Shown here piece by piece: positions 1 through 9,099 of a DNA stretch of 26,953 nt. The translations under genes and the position numbers were made by a program. The stretch lies in IMG/VR virus record IMGVR_UViG_3300033508_000328, positions 1 to 26,953 of that record. One strand, 5' to 3'. Below the pieces are notes generated by a model. It saw only the letters and a program-made list of their open reading frames with translations. It was not told where the DNA came from and ran no database searches. Within the stretch, counting starts at the first letter, position 1; every line of letters starts with the position of its first letter. This DNA comes from a virus. Its lineage: Duplodnaviria > Caudoviricetes.

Positions 1-54
1 CTATTTAGCCAAAACTAGCATATAAAAAATATGTTTTGATTTTGGGAGAAAGTT

Positions 55-62
55 GATATATA
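55..62 (+). promoter_or_regulatory. GATATATA putative late promoter upstream of small terminase
   Basis: The same octamer recurs in short intergenic gaps before other virion genes (5398, 8673, 15832); analogous to the T4 late promoter TATAAATA. Confidence 0.5.
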
Positions 63-107
63 TTAGACAAAAAGAACATTAAACCACTTACTTAAACAAG
101 CTTTTTT

Positions 108-728
108 ATGTCAAAAGGAAAACCCCTTGTACAACAATCAATAGATGAACTTTTAGAAGCAACTTCGTCACTTGAAATGAATTCATCATTACTTCCCACA
201 TTTTCATCAAAGACGAATTCAGTCGTATCTTATACGGAAATAAAAGATAAAGCTTCTGATGTCTCAAAACGACTGATGAACTCCCTTTTAAAGTTTTATC
301 TATCTAATGATTTAATTGAGAACAATGAATATATTAAGTTAAAAGCTAATATAGACATGATGACTCATGCTAATCTTAATAAGCAATTGCAAATCTCAGA
401 AAGAGCCATTGATACCTTAATGAGAGCAATAGATGAAGGTGAAGTAGGTCCTCGTATGTTTGAGGTTTTAGGAGGGATGCAAAAGACAATGTTAGATATT
501 ATGAAACATCAAACTCTTCATATGATGTCAACCGAAGAATCTATGAAAAAATTAAAACGAGATGTGGATATATATCAAGATCAAGATAGTACAAAATCTA
601 CTTCAAAAAAGCAAGATGGTAATGTAACAAGAGGTACTCGTAATTTAATGATGGAAATTCAAGCAGAATTAAATGGTGAAAATGAGGATATAACAATAGA
701 CGAAGAGTTTGAACAAAATATTAATTAA
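108..728 (+). CDS. terS: Putative terminase small subunit (T4 gp16-like)
   Basis: 206 aa helical protein with PRMFEV resembling the gp16 PRAYEV motif, followed by a coiled coil and acidic tail; lies upstream of the large terminase. Confidence 0.6.
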   Translation: MSKGKPLVQQSIDELLEATSSLEMNSSLLPTFSSKTNSVVSYTEIKDKASDVSKRLMNSLLKFYLSNDLIENNEYIKLKANIDMMTHANLNKQLQISERAIDTLMRAIDEGEVGPRMFEVLGGMQKTMLDIMKHQTLHMMSTEESMKKLKRDVDIYQDQDSTKSTSKKQDGNVTRGTRNLMMEIQAELNGENEDITIDEEFEQNIN

Positions 729-730
729 CT

Positions 731-1717
731 ATGAATACATTTTTATCTTATGACAATTTTTTAGAAAATACTAAGTATAGAATCAATGCCGATAAAATTA
801 AAAATCTATATCTTCAAAATATTAAGTGTCTTGATGATGACAAGACACAACATTTTTTATCAAGATTAAATTTATGTTATGAAGATACATCATTTGATAT
901 ATTAAAAAAATCTATAGATAACCAGATTATATTGCTAGAAAAATTTTATACAAATTATATTAATAATGATATTTCAGAAATTACCAATATATTTTTAGAA
1001 AAACGTAAAAGCATTAATTCTTATAATGAAATTCCAAATGACCCTTGGTTAAAAGAAATAGATAAAATTGCTGGATTTATAGGTTATTCAATGCTTGTTG
1101 AATTATTTAATATTATTAGTAGATTAAATATGTCTGCGTTTATAAATAATGATTTTTTATATAATATAGAGAATGTCATAAAATTAGACTCAATTAATCA
1201 TATAAATCAAATATATGAAAATCCAATATTATTTTCATCTTTCCCTGTAATGTGTGTAAATATGTTTTATTATACATTTACATTGAATTTAATAGATTTA
1301 GATGAAAATAAATTTTTATCATACATTAAGCCTCGTATTTATAATGATACATTTAATCTTGATACAAAAATATATATATTAACCCATATAATTATAGGAA
1401 AATCTCATTTCTATGAAACTTCTGTTAATTCATTAAAATATAATTGGATATTTGAATTTATAGATCTGAATTATGAAACTATAATAAAAACCTGTAAATA
1501 TGATCAAGTTATAGAAATAGGTCTTATACATCTTTTGTGTAAAAATAAAAATAATTATAGAAATTATAAGAATTATGTAATTTCAAAAATTAAAAATAAT
1601 TTTATACAATCTCCTTATACTAATAATTCTGATACACTGGCACAAAAGCTAATTTTATCGGAACATACAAATATTATCGCAATACTTTTATTGAATGAAA
1701 AAAAAAAAAAAAAATAA
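731..1717 (+). CDS. DUF3541-like protein of unknown function
   Basis: C-terminal motifs KIYILTHIII..SHFY, YNWIF, KYDQVIEIGL and EHTNIIAILL match the DUF3541 pattern as recalled (YGMTHII..SEYY, DVIAEVG, EHRNVLAIML). Confidence 0.6.
   Translation: MNTFLSYDNFLENTKYRINADKIKNLYLQNIKCLDDDKTQHFLSRLNLCYEDTSFDILKKSIDNQIILLEKFYTNYINNDISEITNIFLEKRKSINSYNEIPNDPWLKEIDKIAGFIGYSMLVELFNIISRLNMSAFINNDFLYNIENVIKLDSINHINQIYENPILFSSFPVMCVNMFYYTFTLNLIDLDENKFLSYIKPRIYNDTFNLDTKIYILTHIIIGKSHFYETSVNSLKYNWIFEFIDLNYETIIKTCKYDQVIEIGLIHLLCKNKNNYRNYKNYVISKIKNNFIQSPYTNNSDTLAQKLILSEHTNIIAILLLNEKKKKK
1698..1714 (+). repeat. A17 homopolymer at the end of the DUF3541-like ORF
   Basis: 17 consecutive A, then TAA AAA ATG of the next gene. 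Confidence 0.9.
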
Positions 1718-1720
1718 AAA

Positions 1721-2890
1721 ATGCTAAAATTTACTGAATTCGTTAAAAAACTAAATATTTCAAAAAAATTATCAGACGAAGTGTTATCGGAATTAATTCA
1801 ATTGGATAAAGAATTTGATGAAGTTAATGATTTACGAAAAGCAATGTTAGTAAAAGAATTACTCAATAAAGACGAGGAAAAGATTAAATTTTTAAATGCA
1901 GTTAAAGAGAATAAAAGATATAATCCAATATTTAAACATAACGAGGAACCATATACTAAAGATAATACCAAGGTAAAGGTAGAATTATTATTAACAAAAT
2001 TTAGAAAATTTGATTGTTATTTATCAAAATATTATATTGAAATTTTGGAAAATTTTTCTGAGTATATAGATAGTAAATTAATTAATCCGGACTCACAAGA
2101 ATTTATAGATGCTAAAATAAAATTATTTAATTATCATGGAGGTCTTCCTGCTCCAGAATTAGTTGCAACTGCAAAAGATCTTATTAGAAAAAATCCACAT
2201 CAACATGTTGATAAGTCTAAACGAATTATTTCAGCAATAGAGCTTGCTCCAAAAATACAAAAAGCCATAGATGATTTAGGCTATAATAAATGGAAAATAG
2301 ATTTCAAAGAAAATATACAGCCTAGAATGTGTATTGAAAATAAATATGTGGTTGATATTAATAAAACTGCGAGTTTCACAAAAACCGATGTTATTGGACT
2401 AATAGAACATGAAATTAAAGGACATGTTGGAAGACGATATTATGGGGATAAAACTGGTCTTTCTTTATTTTTAATCGGACTTTCTGGTAAAAATGCAATG
2501 GATGAAGGATTAGCAATATGCAATTCTTTAGATGTAAAAGAACCAAAACCAAATATATTATTTAATATTTCTATATTTGTTGTATTATTAGATAAATCAT
2601 TAGAATATGATTTTTGGGATTTATTTCATTATGGCAAACAATTTATGTCCGATGAAAGTGCACTATTTGGTAAACTCTGTAGAATAAAAAGTTTATGTCA
2701 TGATTCATCTATCTTAATAGGTAATATGCAAGAAGCTGACTACTTAAAAGGATATCTAACCGTTTCTAAAATGAATGCCAAAGAAAGAGATGACATTTTA
2801 AAATATAATATAGGAGAAGAACATCTTGGATTTGAATTGGAACTAATTAAGGAATTTTTAAAAGTTAATTTTAATTACGATCCAAAATGA
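1721..2890 (+). CDS. DUF1704 / MATCAP-like (QEGLA-motif) zinc metallopeptidase
   Basis: HEIKGH (HExxxH) at 2408-2425, DEGLA at 2501-2515, plus YNPIF and YLKG motifs typical of the family. Confidence 0.75.
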   Translation: MLKFTEFVKKLNISKKLSDEVLSELIQLDKEFDEVNDLRKAMLVKELLNKDEEKIKFLNAVKENKRYNPIFKHNEEPYTKDNTKVKVELLLTKFRKFDCYLSKYYIEILENFSEYIDSKLINPDSQEFIDAKIKLFNYHGGLPAPELVATAKDLIRKNPHQHVDKSKRIISAIELAPKIQKAIDDLGYNKWKIDFKENIQPRMCIENKYVVDINKTASFTKTDVIGLIEHEIKGHVGRRYYGDKTGLSLFLIGLSGKNAMDEGLAICNSLDVKEPKPNILFNISIFVVLLDKSLEYDFWDLFHYGKQFMSDESALFGKLCRIKSLCHDSSILIGNMQEADYLKGYLTVSKMNAKERDDILKYNIGEEHLGFELELIKEFLKVNFNYDPK

Positions 2891-3390
2891 GCAAAAATGA
2901 ACAGGAAGATATTAGAATAGTTTGGTCAACGGAAAAGGTTAATCAAACGATTGAATCAATGGAAAATGGTTATAATGTAACCGATCATCCATTTTATGAC
3001 GGGGACCAAAACTTTAAAAAATCAAATATTGTATTTGAATATACAGAATTTGAAATGTCGGAAGTAAAAAGATGTGCAAGAGATATTGTTTACTTTGCTA
3101 ATACATATTGTCAAGTTATGACCGATGAAGGCTACATGAAAATTAAATGTAGACCTTATCAAGAAAAAATGTTAGAAACTTATAGAGATAACAGACAGGT
3201 AATTTGTATGAGTAGTAGACAGAGCGGAAAATGTTCATTTTATGATACAGGTATAACTGTACGAAATAAAGTAACAGGTCATACTTTTGATATTACTGTT
3301 GGTAAATTATATGATTTGGTTAACCCTAACAAGACCTTTATACAAAAATTTAAGTCTTATTTATATAAGCTTGTCAGCAAGATAGAATAA
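2887..3390 (+). CDS. terL: Terminase large subunit N-terminal part (gp17-like) fused to split-intein N-fragment
   Basis: RCARDIVYFANTY, the YQ adenine-binding motif and Walker A SRQSGK, immediately followed by Cys116 and an intein block A-like segment. Confidence 0.9.
   Translation: MSKNEQEDIRIVWSTEKVNQTIESMENGYNVTDHPFYDGDQNFKKSNIVFEYTEFEMSEVKRCARDIVYFANTYCQVMTDEGYMKIKCRPYQEKMLETYRDNRQVICMSSRQSGKCSFYDTGITVRNKVTGHTFDITVGKLYDLVNPNKTFIQKFKSYLYKLVSKIE
3232..3390 (+). mobile_element. Split intein N-fragment (IntN, 52 aa)
   Basis: Begins with Cys (TGT 3232) right after the Walker A lysine; CSFYDTGITVR...ITVGKLY is block A-like; ends at TAA 3388-3390. Confidence 0.85.
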
Positions 3391-3410
3391 CTTTAAGTCG
3401 CTTTTTCTTT

Positions 3411-3533
3411 GAATATAAAATCAATTTAGCAAAAGAAAAAGGATATGACGTTCTTATTATATGGGAAAAAGATTTTAATGATGATGAAGAAAAACAAATA
3501 CAAAAATGCTTACAATTTTTAAGACAATCTTAA
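3411..3533 (+). pseudogene. C-terminal relic of a Vsr/DUF559-like homing endonuclease between the intein halves
   Basis: A third reading frame gives EYKINLAKEKGYDVLIIWEKDFNDDEEKQIQKCLQFLRQS*; K..AKEKGY.VL.IWE.D is the typical Vsr-like C-terminus. No start codon (upstream in-frame TAA at 3366). Confidence 0.75.
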
Positions 3534-3952
3534 CTACATCCATTTACTTTATAATTAATTTAGTTGAAAAATATGAATATAGAAATATTCAATTAGATCA
3601 AGATGATATAGATAAAAAAATTATTAATACAATTGATTTAACTAATTATGAAGTTTCCACTGACACTGGGTTTAAACCGCTATCCAATATACATTCAACA
3701 CAACCTTATAAAGTATATGACATTGTTACTTTAACTAAACATATTTCTTGTGCTGATAATCATATAGTTTTTGATAGTCAAATGAATGAAATTTTTGTTA
3801 AAGATCTTTGGGTTGGTCAATATATTATGACAGATAATGGTCTAGAAGAAGTTGTATCAATTATCAAAAGACCCTATAATTTAGGAATGTATGATGTAAC
3901 TGTAGATGATGAAAATCACCGTCTATGGACCAATGGTATACTTTCACATAAT
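3506..3952 (+). mobile_element. Split intein C-fragment (IntC, 149 aa)
   Basis: Contains YEVSTDTGF, block B SCADNH, block F MYDVTV and block G WTNGILSHN, followed by Thr+1 (ACG 3953). Confidence 0.88.
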
Positions 3953-5380
3953 ACGATTTCTTCTTCCCTATTTTTATGTTGGTTTTTGGTATTTCATTAT
4001 GATAAGAATGTTCTTTTAATGTCAAATAAAGGGGCAACCACAAAAGAAATTCTTGATAAAATTAAAATGATTTTTGAAGGACTTCCTTTTTTTCTAAAAC
4101 CAGGTATTGTTAAGAAAGATATAATGTCAATGTCATTTGATAATAGATGTAGAATCATTGGACAGAATACAACAAAAACCGGTGGTATTGGTTTTACTAT
4201 ACATTTATTGTATTTGGATGAGTTTGCCCATATTCAAGAAAATATTAAAAGACAATTTTATGGTAACGTTTATCCTACTTTATCATCTTCTAAAATTTCA
4301 AGAATTATTATAACGTCCACCCCAAATGGATATGAATTATTCCAAGAATTATTCCAGGCATCCGTTGATGGGTTAAATGAATATAAATCAATTAGAGTTG
4401 ATTGGTGGGATATACCAGGTAGAGATGAAGCATGGAAAGCTAAGGAAATTGCAAATTTAGGTTCAGAGGAAGAATTTAATAAACAGTATGCATGTCAGTT
4501 TTTAAGTGCATCTTCATTATTATTAAGTTCAAAAGAAATTTTAAAGCTTGATAGAAACACTGAATCATTTGAATTTAGAGATATTGATCCATTAGATGAT
4601 TTATGTTTAGATTATTCATTCTTAAAGTGGTCACCAACTTTTGATTTAACGGAAATAGAAAATGCTCATAACTTTTTCTTATTCTCTGTTGATATTGCCG
4701 AGGGAATGGGAAAAGATTATTCAATTATAAACATCTTTAAAATTATTCCTATTTCTGATGCTGATATGAATGAAATGTTATCACCATCATCAATTGCTGA
4801 TTTTTTCTCTTTAGCACAAGTAGGAATATTTAGATGCAATTTACATAGTATTGAAAACTTTTCAAAGATCCTATATACGCTTTGTGTTAAAGTTTTTGAC
4901 CAAGAAAATCTTCGGGTAATTGTTGAGTATAATACATACGGTTCAGAGGTCATAAAAAATATGATTACCTTATATCCAAGTTCAAATGATTTTGATGAAG
5001 AAATTTTAGTTAGATATAAACATAGAGTTGGGTCAGACATAACAAAACCAGGTTTAAAATTACAAAAGAATTCAAAATTACTTCTTTGTGAAAAAGTTAA
5101 AAGAGCCATTTCCGATGGTAAACTAATCATAAAAGAAAAAGAAACTGTAGGTGAAGCAAAAATGTTTTCTCGTAATGAAAATGGAACATTCTCTGCTCAA
5201 AGCGGACATGATGATGCATTTATGACCGTTGTTAATGCATCATCTTTCTTTGATACTGTTGACTTCATGGAAATTGTTGAAGAGTATTTTGATTTCATAG
5301 ATCAATCAAAACAAAATGCAATTGATGGTTTATTAGATGCATCTGATATGGACGATGGCAATTTCTATGATATGTTCTAA
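3506..5380 (+). CDS. terL: Split-intein C-fragment fused to terminase large subunit C-terminal part (rest of ATPase plus RNase H-like nuclease)
   Basis: Intein end SHN|T, then Walker B LLYLDEFAH, motif III IITSTPNG, nuclease SVDIAEGMGKDYS and C-terminal GHDD. Confidence 0.92.
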   Translation: MLTIFKTILTTSIYFIINLVEKYEYRNIQLDQDDIDKKIINTIDLTNYEVSTDTGFKPLSNIHSTQPYKVYDIVTLTKHISCADNHIVFDSQMNEIFVKDLWVGQYIMTDNGLEEVVSIIKRPYNLGMYDVTVDDENHRLWTNGILSHNTISSSLFLCWFLVFHYDKNVLLMSNKGATTKEILDKIKMIFEGLPFFLKPGIVKKDIMSMSFDNRCRIIGQNTTKTGGIGFTIHLLYLDEFAHIQENIKRQFYGNVYPTLSSSKISRIIITSTPNGYELFQELFQASVDGLNEYKSIRVDWWDIPGRDEAWKAKEIANLGSEEEFNKQYACQFLSASSLLLSSKEILKLDRNTESFEFRDIDPLDDLCLDYSFLKWSPTFDLTEIENAHNFFLFSVDIAEGMGKDYSIINIFKIIPISDADMNEMLSPSSIADFFSLAQVGIFRCNLHSIENFSKILYTLCVKVFDQENLRVIVEYNTYGSEVIKNMITLYPSSNDFDEEILVRYKHRVGSDITKPGLKLQKNSKLLLCEKVKRAISDGKLIIKEKETVGEAKMFSRNENGTFSAQSGHDDAFMTVVNASSFFDTVDFMEIVEEYFDFIDQSKQNAIDGLLDASDMDDGNFYDMF

Positions 5381-5397
5381 TCTTCAAAAAACACATT

Positions 5398-5405
5398 GAT
5401 ATATA
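5398..5405 (+). promoter_or_regulatory. GATATATA putative late promoter upstream of tail sheath
   Basis: GATATATAAAATAAAA, 20 nt before ATG 5426; nearly identical context at 15832. Confidence 0.55.
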
Positions 5406-5425
5406 AAATAAAACTATAAATAATT

Positions 5426-8400
5426 ATGGCTATTTCACCAAATTTACTTCAGTTTAAATCTAGCGGCGTGTACCGTTTAGAATATGACAAGAGTCAGACT
5501 ATTTCCATTCCAAGTAATATACTTAGATTGGTTATTGGTTTTTCCAAAAAAGGGATATTTAATACTCCAGTTCTTATACAAGATTCCACCTTCTTTACCA
5601 CAGTTTTTGGGGAAATTGACACTGCACTTGAACGTAAAGGTTCATTCTTTCATCGTACAGTATTGACTTGTCTTGATAGAGGACCTGTTATTGCTTTAAA
5701 TCTTTTAGATTTAGATGATAATATTGACAAATCACAATTCCGCTCAATCTCTACATCAACAACAATGACTAACCCAGGCGCAACATTTGCACCAGTTTCT
5801 TCATTCTTTAACAAAGCAAAATTCTGGTATACTTCAGGAGAAGCTTTAACAGATACTGCTAATAATTCAGCATATCAGTCTGTAAGTTCACAACGTCTAT
5901 TGAATGTTGCTAATGTTGGTCGTACGCCGATCTCTGTAATTTTCAAAAAATCTGATGCTATTGGGTTTGATGTTTTGGCAAAAGAATGGTATGGTGTTGT
6001 AAAAATTCCTTCATATATAAACGAAAATGACTATATGTCAGATTTTATGGTTGATGCAATTATAGTTGGCGGAGATTTTTCTAATTACCAACGTTTATCA
6101 CTGGATCCTATTTTTGGTTCTTATTTTGATACAACTGGCCTTAAAAAATTATATATAGATTCTTATGGATCTGAAAAAGATGGCTTAACTGCATTTTTAA
6201 GTTTAGGACAAGTAAATGTACTTGGTGTTTATTCAGGTTCATTGTTGCCAGGATTTGTTGATAAAAATGGAAATCCTTTGTTCATTGAAGATTTGGTTAA
6301 TGCTGAAACTTCTAAAACAGGTGCATTGCTTTCAGTAGATCAAACTTTATTAGATTCATTAGAATCTGCATCAGGAGATATTATTGATTTAGTTGGACAT
6401 AGTATTGAATCAGAACAACCAAATGAATTAAACTTCTTAAGTTATTATGGTTCTATTTCAGAAAATAAAAATTATGATATATCCGCAGATATATCAACAT
6501 TTACTGTTGGCGCAACTTCAAGTGTTGTTACTGGTGTTCTATTAACTGCATCAACTGCTTTAACCGGCGCAACTACTTATGGTACAACTTTCGGTTACTT
6601 TGATACTATTACAATCTTAGGACCATCTGCTGTTATTGGTTCAACATCAGTCAATACTTCAGCATTTCCAACTTTAGCCGAATATAATGAAGCAATTGCT
6701 AAAATTGTTACTAATGAAACATATGTCCCAGTACTCGTTCATGGACCTTCTGCATCATCTGTAACTTATGCAAAAGTAATTTCTACTTCTACTAATACGT
6801 CTGCTAATACATTTACATTTATGATTGGTCTTACTGCAGCTGTTGGTATAACTGGTCCTAAATCTACAGTAACTGATGGGTTTTTCAGTATCAATGCAGC
6901 GGGTGTTACATCAGGTGGTGGAACTGCTTCTATTAAAATTTTAAATAATCTTTCTTATCAATACTATATAGGTTCTACTGGCATAATTGGTGGTCAAAGT
7001 TCTTCATTAAATACTGATTTTTTATCAGGATATATTACAAATGGCGATGCTATCGGAGTATCTGGTGCATTACCAATTAATGATTACCTTAAATTAACAA
7101 CTGGTTCAACTAATATACTAGGTACATTTGGTGGAATAAATCCTACATTATCAAATTTTGCATCTGTTATAACTGCTGCAGGTTATGATAATGCTGACTT
7201 TTTAGGACTTCCTGTTTCAATTGGTCCTGCTGGGTCTACCATTAAAACTTATACAGGAAACCTTAATGAAACATTAGGAATAACAGGTACTTATTCAACA
7301 CCAACTAATGTTATTAAACTTGATAATTCTATTAATGGTCCTTTAGGTTTAGGTGGGTTTTCTGGCAAAATTGTTAAAGGCCAATATTTAGTAATGGGAT
7401 TTGGCGAAACAGTTGGAGAAACAAATTTAGATCCACTAACAGGAAAAACTCGTTTAACTAAAATCATTTCTGTTAAAGAAAATACTGATCCTACTTTATC
7501 TGATTATCAAACATTAGTTGTTACAACTAACGAGCCTATTTATATTAAGAATGCTTCAGTTGAACGTTATAAAACTATTGGAGATTTTTCAACTAAATAT
7601 AAATTCACAACATTAACAGGATATTCTCTAAGACCAGCACATTTACCTGATGGTACTGTTGGTAAACAAAATGCAATTTTAGATGTATTATCAAACACCA
7701 ATATTGGTAATGCGTTAGCAGATCGTGAAGTTATATCTTATCGTTATATTGTAGATTCATTTGAAGGTACAATAGAAGGTAGTTCTAAAGCTCGTTTAAC
7801 TAAAATTGCTAAGAAATATCAATCAGCTTTAGCAATATGTAATGAGCCATCAATTAAACAATTTAAAAATTCTGTTAACCCGCTGTTTAAATTTAATTCA
7901 AGTTCTCAGTTAGAAGCTCAATATATTGCAACTGGTGGTAATTTAGATTTGAATCCTACTAATATATTTTCATATCCTAGTATTGACGATGGTTCTAATT
8001 ATTCAGCATTTTATGGTCCTAACTTAATAGTTAGAGAAAATGGTGCTAATATATCTGTTCCTCAGGCCGCATATATTTCAAATAATTATGTAGTTAAACA
8101 TTTACAAGGAAGACCTTTTGATATTATCGCAGGTCCTAGAAGAGGTATCGTTTCAGGTTCAGGTGTTGTTGGTGTTGAATACTCGTTTGACCGTTCGGAA
8201 TTAGATTGGATTGAGCCAGTTGGTTATAATGCGGTTGTTAATAAAAAGGGATTTGGTTTGACTATTAATGCAAATCAAACTGCACAACAAAATATTAAAT
8301 CAGCACTATCACAAGTTCATGTTAGAGAGTTGTTAATTTATATTCAAGATAACATTGAAGCAATTCTTAAAAAATATCGTTGGGAATTAAATACTGCTCA

Positions 8401-8635
8401 AAATCGTTTGGAAATAAAGATTCTTGCCGATAATTTTATGGGTCAAGTTCTTTCAGATGGTGGTGTTTATGATTTCTCTAATATCATGGATACTTCTAAT
8501 AATACATCAGAAATTATTGATAATAACATGGGAATTCTTGATACATACATTGAGCCTGTTAGAGGTAATGGTATTTTGGTTCATAGAACAACAATTCTTA
8601 AAACTGGTGCAATATCAATAGGAAACTTCATCTAA
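5426..8635 (+). CDS. Contractile tail sheath protein (gp18-like) with a large Ser/Thr/Gly-rich central insertion
   Basis: N-terminal SSGVYRLEYD, GFSKKG.FNTPV; C-terminal AGPRRG, SALSQVHVRELL and N..E.IDNN...LD.YIEPVRG sheath motifs. Confidence 0.92.
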   Translation: MAISPNLLQFKSSGVYRLEYDKSQTISIPSNILRLVIGFSKKGIFNTPVLIQDSTFFTTVFGEIDTALERKGSFFHRTVLTCLDRGPVIALNLLDLDDNIDKSQFRSISTSTTMTNPGATFAPVSSFFNKAKFWYTSGEALTDTANNSAYQSVSSQRLLNVANVGRTPISVIFKKSDAIGFDVLAKEWYGVVKIPSYINENDYMSDFMVDAIIVGGDFSNYQRLSLDPIFGSYFDTTGLKKLYIDSYGSEKDGLTAFLSLGQVNVLGVYSGSLLPGFVDKNGNPLFIEDLVNAETSKTGALLSVDQTLLDSLESASGDIIDLVGHSIESEQPNELNFLSYYGSISENKNYDISADISTFTVGATSSVVTGVLLTASTALTGATTYGTTFGYFDTITILGPSAVIGSTSVNTSAFPTLAEYNEAIAKIVTNETYVPVLVHGPSASSVTYAKVISTSTNTSANTFTFMIGLTAAVGITGPKSTVTDGFFSINAAGVTSGGGTASIKILNNLSYQYYIGSTGIIGGQSSSLNTDFLSGYITNGDAIGVSGALPINDYLKLTTGSTNILGTFGGINPTLSNFASVITAAGYDNADFLGLPVSIGPAGSTIKTYTGNLNETLGITGTYSTPTNVIKLDNSINGPLGLGGFSGKIVKGQYLVMGFGETVGETNLDPLTGKTRLTKIISVKENTDPTLSDYQTLVVTTNEPIYIKNASVERYKTIGDFSTKYKFTTLTGYSLRPAHLPDGTVGKQNAILDVLSNTNIGNALADREVISYRYIVDSFEGTIEGSSKARLTKIAKKYQSALAICNEPSIKQFKNSVNPLFKFNSSSQLEAQYIATGGNLDLNPTNIFSYPSIDDGSNYSAFYGPNLIVRENGANISVPQAAYISNNYVVKHLQGRPFDIIAGPRRGIVSGSGVVGVEYSFDRSELDWIEPVGYNAVVNKKGFGLTINANQTAQQNIKSALSQVHVRELLIYIQDNIEAILKKYRWELNTAQNRLEIKILADNFMGQVLSDGGVYDFSNIMDTSNNTSEIIDNNMGILDTYIEPVRGNGILVHRTTILKTGAISIGNFI

Positions 8636-8644
8636 AAATAAAAA

Positions 8645-8675
8645 ATCTCCAATGAATTAATAATTCATTGGAGAT
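8645..8675. terminator. Perfect 15-bp inverted repeat after the tail sheath, overlapping GATATATA at 8673-8680
   Basis: ATCTCCAATGAATTA-A-TAATTCATTGGAGAT; no U-tract follows on the + strand. Confidence 0.6.
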
Positions 8676-8703
8676 ATATAAAAAAACAAAACTAAAAACA
8701 AAC

Positions 8704-9090
8704 ATGAAACTACAAACATTCGAAGAATTCTTAAATGAATCAAAACTTAATGAAGGCAAAACCTGGTTTAAAGGATCTGATATTAATATGGAAGGTGCAG
8801 ATGAATCATCGGACTATGATAAATTTCTTAAAAAAGCAAAGACGGGTGATACATTTGCAGTAGATGGCGATGATGATACAGAATTTTTATATATTTCAAG
8901 TAATGACTTTGCTAAGAATAACTTTAATAATGTAAAATATAAATCTGCGTCAGGTTATAATGCAACTGTTATAGATGCAAAACAAATCACAATTAAACCT
9001 GAAGATCAACCAAAACCATATTCAACTTATGCAATATTCTTTACATTGAAAGAAGAACCAAGTATCATATATATAGCAATTCCAGCATAA
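8704..9090 (+). CDS. Putative head-internal protein with leader MKLQTFEEFLNES
   Basis: ATG 8704 preferred over TTG 8668; shares the leader with 9100, 10878 and 26680. Confidence 0.7.
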   Translation: MKLQTFEEFLNESKLNEGKTWFKGSDINMEGADESSDYDKFLKKAKTGDTFAVDGDDDTEFLYISSNDFAKNNFNNVKYKSASGYNATVIDAKQITIKPEDQPKPYSTYAIFFTLKEEPSIIYIAIPA

Positions 9091-9099
9091 ATTACCAAT

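Noticed and set aside
1698-1723. A17 slippage fusing the DUF3541-like and peptidase genes
   Set aside because: The genes are already in frame across TAA; gaining or losing an A reaches a stop within a few codons.
3232-3952. Group I intron or sequencing frameshift as the cause of the terL break
   Set aside because: Complete intein blocks with C and HN|T junctions, plus a third-frame nuclease relic, explain it better.
8668-8703. TTG start for the ORF ending at 9090
   Set aside because: It lies inside the palindrome; ATG 8704 places the shared leader at the N-terminus.
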